From Sandarakinorhabdus sp. (GTDB taxonomy: Bacteria; Pseudomonadota; Alphaproteobacteria; Sphingomonadales; Sphingomonadaceae), in the NCBI RefSeq assembly GCF_051860625.1, contig NZ_JBHYDQ010000016.1:4156-68155 (forward strand): a stretch of 64,000 nt of DNA, given 5' to 3'. Shown piece by piece: positions 8,993 to 18,095 of this stretch (within the stretch, counting starts at the first letter, position 1; the number at the start of each line of letters is the position of its first letter). Position numbers and translations under genes: made by a program. The notes under the pieces were generated by a model. It saw nothing but the letters and a program-made list of their open reading frames with translations, was not told where the DNA came from and made no database searches.

Positions 8993-9547
8993 TCACTTCC
9001 CGTCGCGCAGCGGACCAAAGCTGAACAGCCCTTTGCGGTAGTTCATTCGAATGGTGATGTACGTCAGGCCGGCCGTGGTGACGAAACGCGTGACGGCCGC
9101 CTTGGGCTTGCCCAGCCCAAGCTTGGGATTGTTTGGAAAGCCGACACCGTCCGACGAAAGGCCGAATTTGCGATTGCTGTCCCGATCATGCAGCAAGGAC
9201 AATGTGTAGGCGCCCGGCCCTGGCGTCCGGATGCACAATTGCACCACGCCCGATGTCGGCACGGCAATTTCCACCCGGCGGAACGTCTTGCCGGCGTTCA
9301 CCAGGATATTGTCGTCCTCCAGGAAATCGTCGTCATTGTCCGGATACAGCTCGGCCCGCAGCAGGCCGACGCGATCCTTCAGGCCGGCCGCCGTGATGAT
9401 CACCGCCGGGCCTTGCTCGTTCGGCCGGCACTGCCCTTCGGCCTTGCCCAGATTGGGACTGGATTCAACCTGGGCGGCAGCCGGGGAGGCCAGGGCAAGC
9501 AGCGGCGCTGCCAGCCACGCCGCGGCAATCACAGGCATCATCTTCAT
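8993..9547 (-). CDS. DUF2141 domain protein, secreted
   Basis: ATG 9547 overlaps the stop of the upstream gene (ATGA). Signal MKMMPVIAAAWLAAPLLALASPAAA. LLHDRDSNRKFG...DGVGFPNNPKLG resembles DUF2141. Confidence 0.7.
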   Translation of the reverse strand: MKMMPVIAAAWLAAPLLALASPAAAQVESSPNLGKAEGQCRPNEQGPAVIITAAGLKDRVGLLRAELYPDNDDDFLEDDNILVNAGKTFRRVEIAVPTSGVVQLCIRTPGPGAYTLSLLHDRDSNRKFGLSSDGVGFPNNPKLGLGKPKAAVTRFVTTAGLTYITIRMNYRKGLFSFGPLRDGK

Positions 9548-10467
9548 TTGCGGCGCCATCCCACCGCCTCGCCGCCGACCAGCAGCAGCCCGAGGCCCAG
9601 ATGCGTGACCAGCAACAGGCTGGCCATCATGGTCATCAACGCACCCACTTCGGCATCATGGCCGATCATGAACACCGCCAGCCCGGCAAACACCACATCC
9701 TTGTTGGGCAGGAAGGGCAGCCGCGACAGCAGCATGCGCATGGCCGACAACAGCACCCACATCTGGGCTGATTCCGCCGGCAGGGCCAGGTGCCAGCACC
9801 AGCCGGTCAATACCAGGGTCGCGACCACGCGCACCGTCTGCACCACCGCCACATGCGACAGATCGCGGCCGGGAAGGCTGAACAGTTTCTTGCGGAAAAA
9901 CAGGATGCTGCTGGAAATCACCAGCATCAGGGCGACGGATGCGAAGAAGGAACTGCTGTCGATGCCCAGGTGCAGCGTATCGAGCAGCGGATAGGCCAGC
10001 ACCATCAGCACCAGCGTCACCGCGTTGGCCGCCATCGCCGACAGGATCGCGACGTCCTTCACCGCACCAAATGGTGCCGAGGTCATCGCGGTGCGCTGCC
10101 GCGCCCAAGTGTAGAAATAAAGATCGCCGACATAGCCGGTAATCAATTCGTTGCCGATCAGCTTGCGCAGCAGCGCCAGAAAGCCATCGGCCGGGATTTT
10201 CCACAGCCGGCGAAAGATGATGAAATCGCCGAGCGGCCCGGCAAAGTAGGACAGGGCAAAAACCAGCCAGAAGGCCGGCGCGCTTGGCACCACGGCGGCC
10301 ACCCGCGCCAGATCGACCTGCGCCAACTGCATCAGCGCCGCCACCAGCACGGCCAGGGTGATGGCGGAGCCAAGCCACCACGTCCAGCCGCGCTCACTGC
10401 GCGGCAGGGCCGGTAGTTGATCGGGAACCAGGCTGGCAGGCGCTGCGCTGGCGTCACTTGGGTACAT
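9544..10467 (-). CDS. polytopic membrane protein, lysylphosphatidylglycerol-synthase-TM-like (flippase-like) family
   Basis: ORF 9544..10569. ATG 10467 (MYPSDASAAP). Multiple hydrophobic helices. The family call is by resemblance only. Confidence 0.55.
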   Translation of the reverse strand: MYPSDASAAPASLVPDQLPALPRSERGWTWWLGSAITLAVLVAALMQLAQVDLARVAAVVPSAPAFWLVFALSYFAGPLGDFIIFRRLWKIPADGFLALLRKLIGNELITGYVGDLYFYTWARQRTAMTSAPFGAVKDVAILSAMAANAVTLVLMVLAYPLLDTLHLGIDSSSFFASVALMLVISSSILFFRKKLFSLPGRDLSHVAVVQTVRVVATLVLTGWCWHLALPAESAQMWVLLSAMRMLLSRLPFLPNKDVVFAGLAVFMIGHDAEVGALMTMMASLLLVTHLGLGLLLVGGEAVGWRRK

Positions 10468-10587
10468 GTCTGGCGCCAAACTCGTTTGTCCTTCGCGGCC
10501 CCTAGGCCGCCAATATGGCAATTTCAGGACGAGCGCCAGCACGACACTCCCGCCAGTTACGTGACGCATCCACCGCCGGACGTGATG

Positions 10588-11322
10588 TCACGACAAACGC
10601 GCGACCGCCGCCAACAGTTCCGCCTGCACGTCGGGCAGGCACATCAGCACGTCGGGCGTGATCGGCCGCGCCTGGTTGAAGGCCAGGGGCCGGCCATCGA
10701 GATGACTGACCATCAGGCCGGCGGCCTGTGCGACAGCGGCCGGGGCGCCGCTGTCCCATTCATGCATGTCGCCCTGGTGCAGATAGACATCGGCCTCACC
10801 GCGCAGCACGGCCAATGTCTTCACGCCGGCACTGCCCATCGGCACCAGCACGGCGCCAGTTGCGGCGGCCAGTGCGCTGGCAATCGCTGCCGGACGGCTG
10901 CGGCTGACGGCGATGCGCAGCGGCTGCTGCGGTGGCGGCACGATTGGCGGATGCGCGGTGCAGAAACATTGCCCCAGCGCCGGTTGCGCCACCGCACCAT
11001 CGGCAATGCGGCCATCGATGCTGAGCGCGACATGCACGGCCCAATCATCACGCCGTTCGGCATATTCGCGCGTGCCATCCAGCGGATCGACCAGCCACAC
11101 CCGCCGCGCCGACAGCCGGCTGCGGTCATCGGCTTCCTCTTCAGACAGGATCGCATCATCGGGTCGCTCGCGGCGCAGCGCGGCCATCAACAGGGCATTG
11201 CTGGCGCGATCGCCGGCATCGCCGAGCGCCTTGCCATCGACCGGGCCGTTCTGGCGCAGCGCCATCAGCAATTGGCCGGCTTCGATCGCCAGGCGGCGGG
11301 CAAGTTCTGCATCGGTCATCAT
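10588..11322 (-). CDS. cysQ: 3'(2'),5'-bisphosphate nucleotidase / inositol monophosphatase family
   Basis: Start moved to ATG 11322 (MMTDAELARRL). WLVDPLDGTREY and HEWDSGAPAAV motifs. Confidence 0.7.
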   Translation of the reverse strand: MMTDAELARRLAIEAGQLLMALRQNGPVDGKALGDAGDRASNALLMAALRRERPDDAILSEEEADDRSRLSARRVWLVDPLDGTREYAERRDDWAVHVALSIDGRIADGAVAQPALGQCFCTAHPPIVPPPQQPLRIAVSRSRPAAIASALAAATGAVLVPMGSAGVKTLAVLRGEADVYLHQGDMHEWDSGAPAAVAQAAGLMVSHLDGRPLAFNQARPITPDVLMCLPDVQAELLAAVARLS

Positions 11323-11458
11323 CTTGCCCTGCCATCGGGCTGGAAGGCCGGCAAGTCCTCGCCGGGACAGCCTATTATATGGAAGTGGGTTGCCAGCCGG
11401 CGACGCGGCGGGCAGGCTGCAAAAAATCGTACATCGGCCAGGCTTTTGGGGAGACAAT

Positions 11459-12775
11459 ATGGCTGCGTCGGGACCGGCTGTGGAGGTGAAGCCACGCTTG
11501 CTGCTGTGGACGCTGCTGGTCGTCTATATCTTCAATTTCATCGATCGCCAGATCGTTGCCATTCTCGCCGAACCGATTTCCCGCGATCTCGGCCTGTCCG
11601 ACAGCCAATTGGGCCTGCTCACCGGCCTGGCGTTTGCCCTGTTCTACGCCACCTTGGGGGTGCCGATTGCCCGCATTGCCGACAATGGCCGCACCAACCG
11701 CAGCCGGCTGATTGCGGTGTGCGTGGCGGTGTGGTCGGCGATGACCGCGCTGTGCGGCCTGGCGCAGAATTTCTGGCAGTTGCTGATTGCCCGCATCGGC
11801 GTGGGCGTGGGCGAAGCCGGCTGCACGCCCACCGCCCATGCCCTGATCGCCGACAGCCTGCCGCCGGAAAAGCGCGCCGGCGGCATTGCCTTCTTTGGCC
11901 TTGGCATCCCGATCGGCGGCCTGATGGGCACGTTGATCGGCGGCGGCATGGCCGAACTGTTGGGCTGGCGCGCCGCGTTTTTCGTGGTCGGCCTGCCGGG
12001 CTTGCTGCTGGCGGTGTTCGTATGGTTTTTCCTGAAGGATCCACGATTTGTCGGCGCCGGGGGCCGCGCTGCGCCGGAAAATGCGCCGCCGCGCCTGTCG
12101 ATGTGGTCCAGCCTGAAGGCACTGGCCGCTTCGCCGGCCTATTGCCTGGTTTTATCGGGCGCATCGATGGTGGCCTTCCTGTCCTATGGCAAGGGCGTGT
12201 GGGTGCTGGTGTATTTCCAGCGCAGCCACGGGTTGAGCGTGGGGGAGACGGCACTGTATGTCGGCGTGATCCTGGGGATTGCCGGCATCTTCGGCACCTG
12301 GCTCGGCGGGTGGGCGGCCGATCGTTTTGGCAAGCATGACAAGCGCCACATGCTCACCCTGCCGGCCTGGGCGATGGCGTTGGCAGCCCCCATCTTGTTT
12401 GCGGGCTATTGGGTGGATGATTGGCGGCTGGCGATTGCCTTGCTGGTGCTGCCCACCGTGGCCAATTCCGCCTATTACGGCCCGGCTTACGGCGCGGCGC
12501 AGGTGCTGGCCCGGCCGGATACGCGGGCGATGGCGGCGGCGTGGATGGTGTTTGCCCAAAATCTGATCGGGCTGGGGCTGGGGCCGCTGCTGTTCGGTGC
12601 GCTGTCGGACATGCTCAAGCCGGAATATGGTGCCGAATCGGTGCGGCATGTGCTGTATTTTGCGGCATGGGCCGGGCTGGTGCCGGCGCTGTTGTTCTGG
12701 CTGGGTGCGCGGGCGCTGGGTCGCGAGACGTCGGGGAAGGGACTGCCAGATGCAAGTGTTGCGCACGCCAAATGA
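11459..12775 (+). CDS. MFS transporter
   Basis: ORF 10913..12775. ATG 11459 ([33 protein letters not shown]). 12-TM-like pattern. [11 protein letters not shown] loop motif. Confidence 0.8.
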   Translation: MAASGPAVEVKPRLLLWTLLVVYIFNFIDRQIVAILAEPISRDLGLSDSQLGLLTGLAFALFYATLGVPIARIADNGRTNRSRLIAVCVAVWSAMTALCGLAQNFWQLLIARIGVGVGEAGCTPTAHALIADSLPPEKRAGGIAFFGLGIPIGGLMGTLIGGGMAELLGWRAAFFVVGLPGLLLAVFVWFFLKDPRFVGAGGRAAPENAPPRLSMWSSLKALAASPAYCLVLSGASMVAFLSYGKGVWVLVYFQRSHGLSVGETALYVGVILGIAGIFGTWLGGWAADRFGKHDKRHMLTLPAWAMALAAPILFAGYWVDDWRLAIALLVLPTVANSAYYGPAYGAAQVLARPDTRAMAAAWMVFAQNLIGLGLGPLLFGALSDMLKPEYGAESVRHVLYFAAWAGLVPALLFWLGARALGRETSGKGLPDASVAHAK

Positions 12776-13655
12776 GGCCTTTGCTGGCCTCACGGACTAT
12801 CCGTTCGCGCCAAATTACGGTGATCTGACCGACCGCGCCACCGGCACGCCCCTGCGCCTGCATTATGTCGATGAAGGCCCGCGCGACGCCGCCCCCATCC
12901 TGCTGATGCATGGCGAGCCGAGCTGGAGTTATCTGTACCGCAAGTTTGTGCCGCCTTTGGTCGCCGCAGGCCACCGCGTGATCGCGCCCGATCTCATCGG
13001 CTTCGGCAAGTCCGACAAGCCGGCGGATCGCAATGATTACACCTTCGAACGGCATGTCGAATGGATGAGCGACTGGCTGACGGCGCTGGATTTGAAAGGC
13101 ATCACCCTGTTCTGCCAGGATTGGGGCGGGCTGATCGGGCTGCGGCTGGTGGCGGCCTTTCCGGAACGCTTTGCGCGGCTGGTGATCGCCAACACCGGAC
13201 TGCCGATCGGCACTGGCTGGTCGGAAGGCTTCCGGGCCTGGCTGGAATTCAGCCAGAAGGTCGAAACCTTCCCGGTCGGCTTCATCGTCAACGGCGGCAC
13301 CACCCGCGACCTGACGCCCGAAGAAGTGGCGGCCTATGACGCGCCGTTCCCCGACGAGACATTCAAGGAAGGTGCCCGCCAGTTCCCCACCCTGGTACCC
13401 ATCACCCCCGAACATGCCAGCGTGCCCGAAAACAAGGCGGCATGGGCGGTGTTGGAGCGGTTCGACAAGCCGGTGGTCACCTGTTTCTCCGACAAGGATG
13501 CCGTCACCCATGGCGGCGAGAAGATCTTCATCGACCGCGTGCCGGGCGCCAAGGGCCAGCCGCACACCATCGTGAAGGGCGGCGGGCATTTCCTGCAGGA
13601 AGACGCGCCCGAGGAATTGGTTGCCATCATCCTCGATCATATCAACAGGGGCTGA
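12750..13655 (+). CDS. haloalkane dehalogenase (alpha/beta hydrolase)
   Basis: ATG 12750 ([23 protein letters not shown]). [15 protein letters not shown] and [10 protein letters not shown] (nucleophile Asp elbow) are typical of HLD-I enzymes. Confidence 0.8.
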   Translation: MQVLRTPNEAFAGLTDYPFAPNYGDLTDRATGTPLRLHYVDEGPRDAAPILLMHGEPSWSYLYRKFVPPLVAAGHRVIAPDLIGFGKSDKPADRNDYTFERHVEWMSDWLTALDLKGITLFCQDWGGLIGLRLVAAFPERFARLVIANTGLPIGTGWSEGFRAWLEFSQKVETFPVGFIVNGGTTRDLTPEEVAAYDAPFPDETFKEGARQFPTLVPITPEHASVPENKAAWAVLERFDKPVVTCFSDKDAVTHGGEKIFIDRVPGAKGQPHTIVKGGGHFLQEDAPEELVAIILDHINRG

Positions 13656-13659
13656 TCCG

Positions 13660-14070
13660 ATGCAGGTCATCAACGAAACCGCGCCGCGGCCCGAAGTGGT
13701 TGCCGCCTTCTTCAGCGATGCCGATCATGGCCCGATGGTCATGGTCAACCTGTTGAAGTTCAAGGACAAGGCCACCTACCCCGATGGCCGCGATCCCGAA
13801 TTGTCCGGGCGCGATGCCTATAATCGTTATGGCGAGGCCGTCGTCGCCTGCCTGGCGGCCGTCGGCGGCCATGTCGTCTATCACGGCCCCGTCACCGGCA
13901 TGCTGCTGGGGCAGGTGGACGAGCAATGGGATGCCGTGGCACTGGCCTGGTATCCCAGCCCGCAGGCGATGCTGCAGATGGTGGCGCTGCCCGAATATCA
14001 GGCCATCGAAATCCACCGCTACGCCGGCCTGGCCGGGCAGCTCAACATCCGCACGAAACCGCAAGCATGA
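13660..14070 (+). CDS. DUF1330 domain protein
   Basis: ATG 13660. MVMVNLLKFKDKATYPDG ... AWYPSPQAMLQMVALPEYQAI pattern. Confidence 0.7.
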   Translation: MQVINETAPRPEVVAAFFSDADHGPMVMVNLLKFKDKATYPDGRDPELSGRDAYNRYGEAVVACLAAVGGHVVYHGPVTGMLLGQVDEQWDAVALAWYPSPQAMLQMVALPEYQAIEIHRYAGLAGQLNIRTKPQA

Positions 14071-14723
14071 GCCTGCAATTCGATCTGTTCTGGTCGTTCC
14101 GTTCGCCTTATTCCTATCTGCTGCTGCCGCGCATCGTCGATCTGGTGGCGACGCACGACGTCACCTGCAATGTCCGCATCGTTTATCCGATCGCGGTGCG
14201 GCAGGCGGATTTCTTCATCAAGGTCGATCCGCTGTGGGCCTTTTATCTGATGAAGGACACGTATCGCACCGCGGACTATCTTGGCATGCCCTATCGCTGG
14301 CCAATGCCCGACCCGGTGGTGATGGACCCGGCAACCCGCCTCTATCCGGCCGAACAGCCCTACATCCACCGCCTGTCGATGCTCGGCATCGCCGCGACCG
14401 AAGCGGGGCAGGGCCTGCCCTTCATCCGCGAAGTCTCCCACACCATCTGGTCCGGTACCGTCGATCATTGGCATGAAGGCGCGCACCTGGCTGAGGCCGC
14501 TGCCCGCGCCGGGCTTGATCTCGCCACGCTTGATGCCGCCATCGCGGCCGATCCCGATCACTACCGCGCCGCCATCGCCGCCAATCAGGACGCCCAGCGC
14601 GCGTCCGGCCATTATGGCGTGCCGTTGATGGCCTTGGATGGCGAGCCGTTTTTTGGCCAGGACCGCTTCGATCAACTGGTGTGGCGCCTGAAGCAAAAGG
14701 GCATGGCGCCGCGTCAGGCCTGA
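14067..14723 (+). CDS. 2-hydroxychromene-2-carboxylate isomerase / DsbA-like family
   Basis: ATGA overlap with the upstream gene. N-terminus FDLFWSFRSPYSYLL is typical of this DsbA-fold family. Confidence 0.7.
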   Translation: MSLQFDLFWSFRSPYSYLLLPRIVDLVATHDVTCNVRIVYPIAVRQADFFIKVDPLWAFYLMKDTYRTADYLGMPYRWPMPDPVVMDPATRLYPAEQPYIHRLSMLGIAATEAGQGLPFIREVSHTIWSGTVDHWHEGAHLAEAAARAGLDLATLDAAIAADPDHYRAAIAANQDAQRASGHYGVPLMALDGEPFFGQDRFDQLVWRLKQKGMAPRQA

Positions 14724-16441
14724 CGCCAGCGTCGGCCAATCCACAGCCCCACCAGCAGCAGCCACAGCGACGCCAGTATCGGCGCCAGCCGCGGCCACAG
14801 CAGATCGTTCAGCGCATTGGCATGGATCTGCGCCGGTGCATCATAGCCGTCCGGCATCGGCAACACCTGGTTGGCATCGGCCCATTGCGCCCACGCGGCC
14901 TGCATCGCGGCAAAGCGCGCCGGATCGGCCGTCGCCAGATCGCGGGTCTCGCCGGGATCGGCCATGATATCATGCAGATGCCAGGCGCCGTCGCCATAGG
15001 GCGGCAGATTCTTCACCAATTTGTGGTTGCCCTGATACAGCACGGCATTGCCGGACAATTCATGGCCGATGGCTTCATCCGCCGGGTGGATCGTGGCGGC
15101 CGGATCGGTCAAGGCGGGCAACAGTGACTGCCCCTCCAGCGCATCGCGCTCTGCGACCGCAGCCAGATCGAGCAAGGTCGGCACCAGATCGACCGCATGC
15201 GCCGGCGCCGCCACCACGCTACCGCGCGCCTGGGCCATGGCGGGCGGCAGTGTGACGATGAACGGCACCCGCACCCCGCCCTCCCAGGTCGAGAATTTAT
15301 AGCCTTTCAAGGGGCTGGCCACCGCGCTGGCCCAACTGGCACCGATATAGGTCAACGTGCCGGGCTGCCCCTGGCGGTCGGGTGTCATGTCGTACAACAG
15401 GCGCGTCATCGCTGTGGTGAATGGTGTCGCTTCGGGGTTGGTGGCTTCTGCGCCATTGTCGGAGACGAACACGAACAATGTGTTGTCATACTGGCCGCGG
15501 GCTTTCAGATGCGCAATCAGCCGGCCGACCTCGCGGTCCATCGCCGTAGCCATGCCGCCATAGACCGCCATGGTCCGCGCCCAGCGCGCTTTCTCGTCCG
15601 CTGGCAACGCCGCCCAATTGCGGGTGCTGTCCATGGTCCCACGCGGCGCGGGCGGCAGCACGCCGGCCTGGACCACGCCGGCTGCACGGCTGTCCCGCAA
15701 CGCGCGCCAGCCGGCGCGATAGCGGTCGCGATATTGCGCGATATCGGCCTCGCTGGCCTGCACCGGGATATGATTGGCCAGAAAGCCCAGCGTGGCGAAG
15801 AACGGCTGGTCCTTCACGCCGTCGATCTGGGCAATCGCCTCATCGACGATCAGCGTGGACGAATAAAAGCGTCGCGGCAGCTTTGCCGTCTTGCCGTCCC
15901 GCGTCCAGTCGGCACGTTCATACAGCAGGCGGTTGGGCTTGTTCTCCCAATTGTCGGCCCCTGATTGCGACAGCGCCTGCGCATGATCCCAGCCACGCGC
16001 CGTCGGCAGGTCGCCGGCATCGTGCCCCAGATGCCATTTGCCGGCATAGAGCGTGGCATAGCCGGCCCGTTTCAGCCGCTGTGCCAACGTGGTGACGCCT
16101 GGCGCCAGCACCGCGTTGTAACCGGGCTTGCCCTGATGGTCCGGCGGAATGGTCTCCGGCATGTTGCCAAGCCCGGCGCGGTGATTGTTCACCCCGGTCA
16201 GCAGCATGGCGCGGGTGGGGGAGCAGCTTGCCGCGACATGAAAATTGGCAAAGCGCGTGCCCTGGCGGGCCAATGCATCGATATTGGGCGTGGCGATCTC
16301 GCTGCCATAGCTGCCGGGATCGGAAAAACCCCAATCATCGGCGATGATCAGCACGATGTTCGGTCTGGTCGGCGCCGCGGGTTGCGCGCTGACAGACAGT
16401 GCACTGGCTGCGAGCAGCAGGGCTGCCAGCTTAAAATGCAT
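14714..16441 (-). CDS. Cys-type arylsulfatase with C-terminal TM anchor
   Basis: ATG 16441 (MHFKLAALLLAASALSVSAQ). IIADDWGFSD and CSPTRAMLLTG sulfatase signature. Hydrophobic C-terminus LWPRLAPILASLWLLLVGLWIGRRW. Confidence 0.85.
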   Translation of the reverse strand: MHFKLAALLLAASALSVSAQPAAPTRPNIVLIIADDWGFSDPGSYGSEIATPNIDALARQGTRFANFHVAASCSPTRAMLLTGVNNHRAGLGNMPETIPPDHQGKPGYNAVLAPGVTTLAQRLKRAGYATLYAGKWHLGHDAGDLPTARGWDHAQALSQSGADNWENKPNRLLYERADWTRDGKTAKLPRRFYSSTLIVDEAIAQIDGVKDQPFFATLGFLANHIPVQASEADIAQYRDRYRAGWRALRDSRAAGVVQAGVLPPAPRGTMDSTRNWAALPADEKARWARTMAVYGGMATAMDREVGRLIAHLKARGQYDNTLFVFVSDNGAEATNPEATPFTTAMTRLLYDMTPDRQGQPGTLTYIGASWASAVASPLKGYKFSTWEGGVRVPFIVTLPPAMAQARGSVVAAPAHAVDLVPTLLDLAAVAERDALEGQSLLPALTDPAATIHPADEAIGHELSGNAVLYQGNHKLVKNLPPYGDGAWHLHDIMADPGETRDLATADPARFAAMQAAWAQWADANQVLPMPDGYDAPAQIHANALNDLLWPRLAPILASLWLLLVGLWIGRRWRQA

Positions 16442-17477
16442 CGTCTTCGATCGTCTTGCTGCCGGCGGGCAGGTGCAGCAGCAGGCCATCATGGGCAATG
16501 CGGATCGGCCCGGCGAACCGCGTCGCCGCGTCGCCCAGAAATGCCGCATGCAGCAGGCGCGACGGCAGCGGCGGCGCAATGTGGGTCAGCACCAGCATGC
16601 CGACCTTGGCTTGTGCAGCGAGATCGGCCGCCTGTTCGGGCGTGGTGTGATAATTCAAAATGTCCCGCGTGATCTGTGCGGTGCGCGGCTGGCCGGCGCG
16701 CTCCAGCCCCCGCGTGATGTCAGCCACCAGCCGCGGTTGCAGCGCTTCGTGCACCAGCAGATCGGCGTTCTGGGCGGCCGCAGCCACCGCCGGGCTGGCC
16801 GATGTATCGCCGCTGATCACTACCACCCGGCCCTTGTACTGCAGCCGATAGCCGAACGCCGGCGCAATCGGCGCATGATCGACCGCGAAGGCCGTCACCA
16901 CCAGGCCATCGCGGTTCCACACCACGCCGGGCGCCACGTCGCGTCCGGAAAACACGCCGCCGCCGGTGGGGGTGATCGCTTCGCCATGATGGCCGGTGCG
17001 ATAGGTGGCATCGGCGGCCAGCATCTCATTAAAGCCTGCGGCCACGCGCGCGGTGCCGGCCGGGCCGATCAACGGCAGCGGGGTGCGCGCCGCACTGCCG
17101 GTCCAGCGCATCAGCAGGGCCGGGCCCAGCCCCTCGATATGATCGCTGTGCAGATGGCTGATCAGCACGCCGTCCAGCCCACCCAATGGCACGCCCCATC
17201 CGGCCAGCTTGCGCACGCCGCCATCGCCGGCATCGATCAACAGCAGATTGGTGCCTGCCTGCACCAGCAGACAGGATTCGGCGCGATCGGGATCGGGCAG
17301 CGGCGTGCCAGTGCCGCAGAAAATCAGGGTCAGGCCATCGGAATGCCCCGCCAGGCCGTCGCGCCCGGCACGCAGCCCGGCAATCTGGGCATAGGCCGCC
17401 TCACCAAGCGGCGCGCGTTGCCACCACAGGCCTGCCGCCAGCGCGATTATCGCGATCAAGAACCCCCAGCGCCGCAT
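16431..17477 (-). CDS. MBL-fold metallo-hydrolase (RNase Z-like)
   Basis: HLHSDHIEGL motif. N-terminal TM/signal. Stop overlaps the sulfatase start by 11 nt. Confidence 0.75.
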   Translation of the reverse strand: MRRWGFLIAIIALAAGLWWQRAPLGEAAYAQIAGLRAGRDGLAGHSDGLTLIFCGTGTPLPDPDRAESCLLVQAGTNLLLIDAGDGGVRKLAGWGVPLGGLDGVLISHLHSDHIEGLGPALLMRWTGSAARTPLPLIGPAGTARVAAGFNEMLAADATYRTGHHGEAITPTGGGVFSGRDVAPGVVWNRDGLVVTAFAVDHAPIAPAFGYRLQYKGRVVVISGDTSASPAVAAAAQNADLLVHEALQPRLVADITRGLERAGQPRTAQITRDILNYHTTPEQAADLAAQAKVGMLVLTHIAPPLPSRLLHAAFLGDAATRFAGPIRIAHDGLLLHLPAGSKTIEDDAF

Positions 17478-17714
17478 GACCGCAACCTAGGCGGCAGACT
17501 GTTCAGAGGCAATGGCGCGCCTCTGTCCTACAGCGAAAGATGGCGCTATGCTGCTTTTGCCGATGGCACATGTGCTTGTGTCAGGTGGCAGCGGGGACGC
17601 GCTGAGATATGATCTTTGGCGCACAAAACGCGCAAAAGCCGAACCTTACTAACCTTGTAAACTACAATTTCGGGCATCTGCCCGGGGCGCAGAAAATAAT
17701 TCGGGGGGACGAGC

Positions 17715-18095
17715 ATGCTGGGGATTTTGCGGGTGGCGGTGGGGGCAATCGCCCTGTTCAATATCGCCATCGGGCTGGGCTTTCTGTTCAACCCGGCTGG
17801 CGCGGCGGCGAATTTCTTCCTGATCCCCGATGGCGGGCAGGGCATGGCGACGCTGCGGGCGGATTTTCCGGGGTTCTTCATCACCGGCGGCACGTTCGCG
17901 ATGATCGGCGCCCTGCAAAAGGATAGCCGCGCGCTGCTGGTGCCGATGCTGCTGCTGGCCATTGCGCTGACCGGGCGCTGCGTGTCGCTGGTGGCGGATG
18001 GCATGGGGCCCGATGCGATCCCGCCGATGGTGGCCGAAGCGGTGATGATCAGCGTGCTGGCATTTGCCCGTCAGGCAATGGGGGCCGGCAAATGA
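17715..18095 (+). CDS. small integral membrane protein (DUF4345-like)
   Basis: 126 aa, four hydrophobic segments. ATGA-coupled to the downstream sulfatase. Confidence 0.55.
   Translation: MLGILRVAVGAIALFNIAIGLGFLFNPAGAAANFFLIPDGGQGMATLRADFPGFFITGGTFAMIGALQKDSRALLVPMLLLAIALTGRCVSLVADGMGPDAIPPMVAEAVMISVLAFARQAMGAGK

Noticed and set aside
17655-17667. TTGTA-N3-TACAA as a TetR operator
   Set aside because: The arms are only 5 bp, there is a single copy, and no similar sequence precedes the TetR gene. It is mentioned only as a weak lead under the sulfatase finding.
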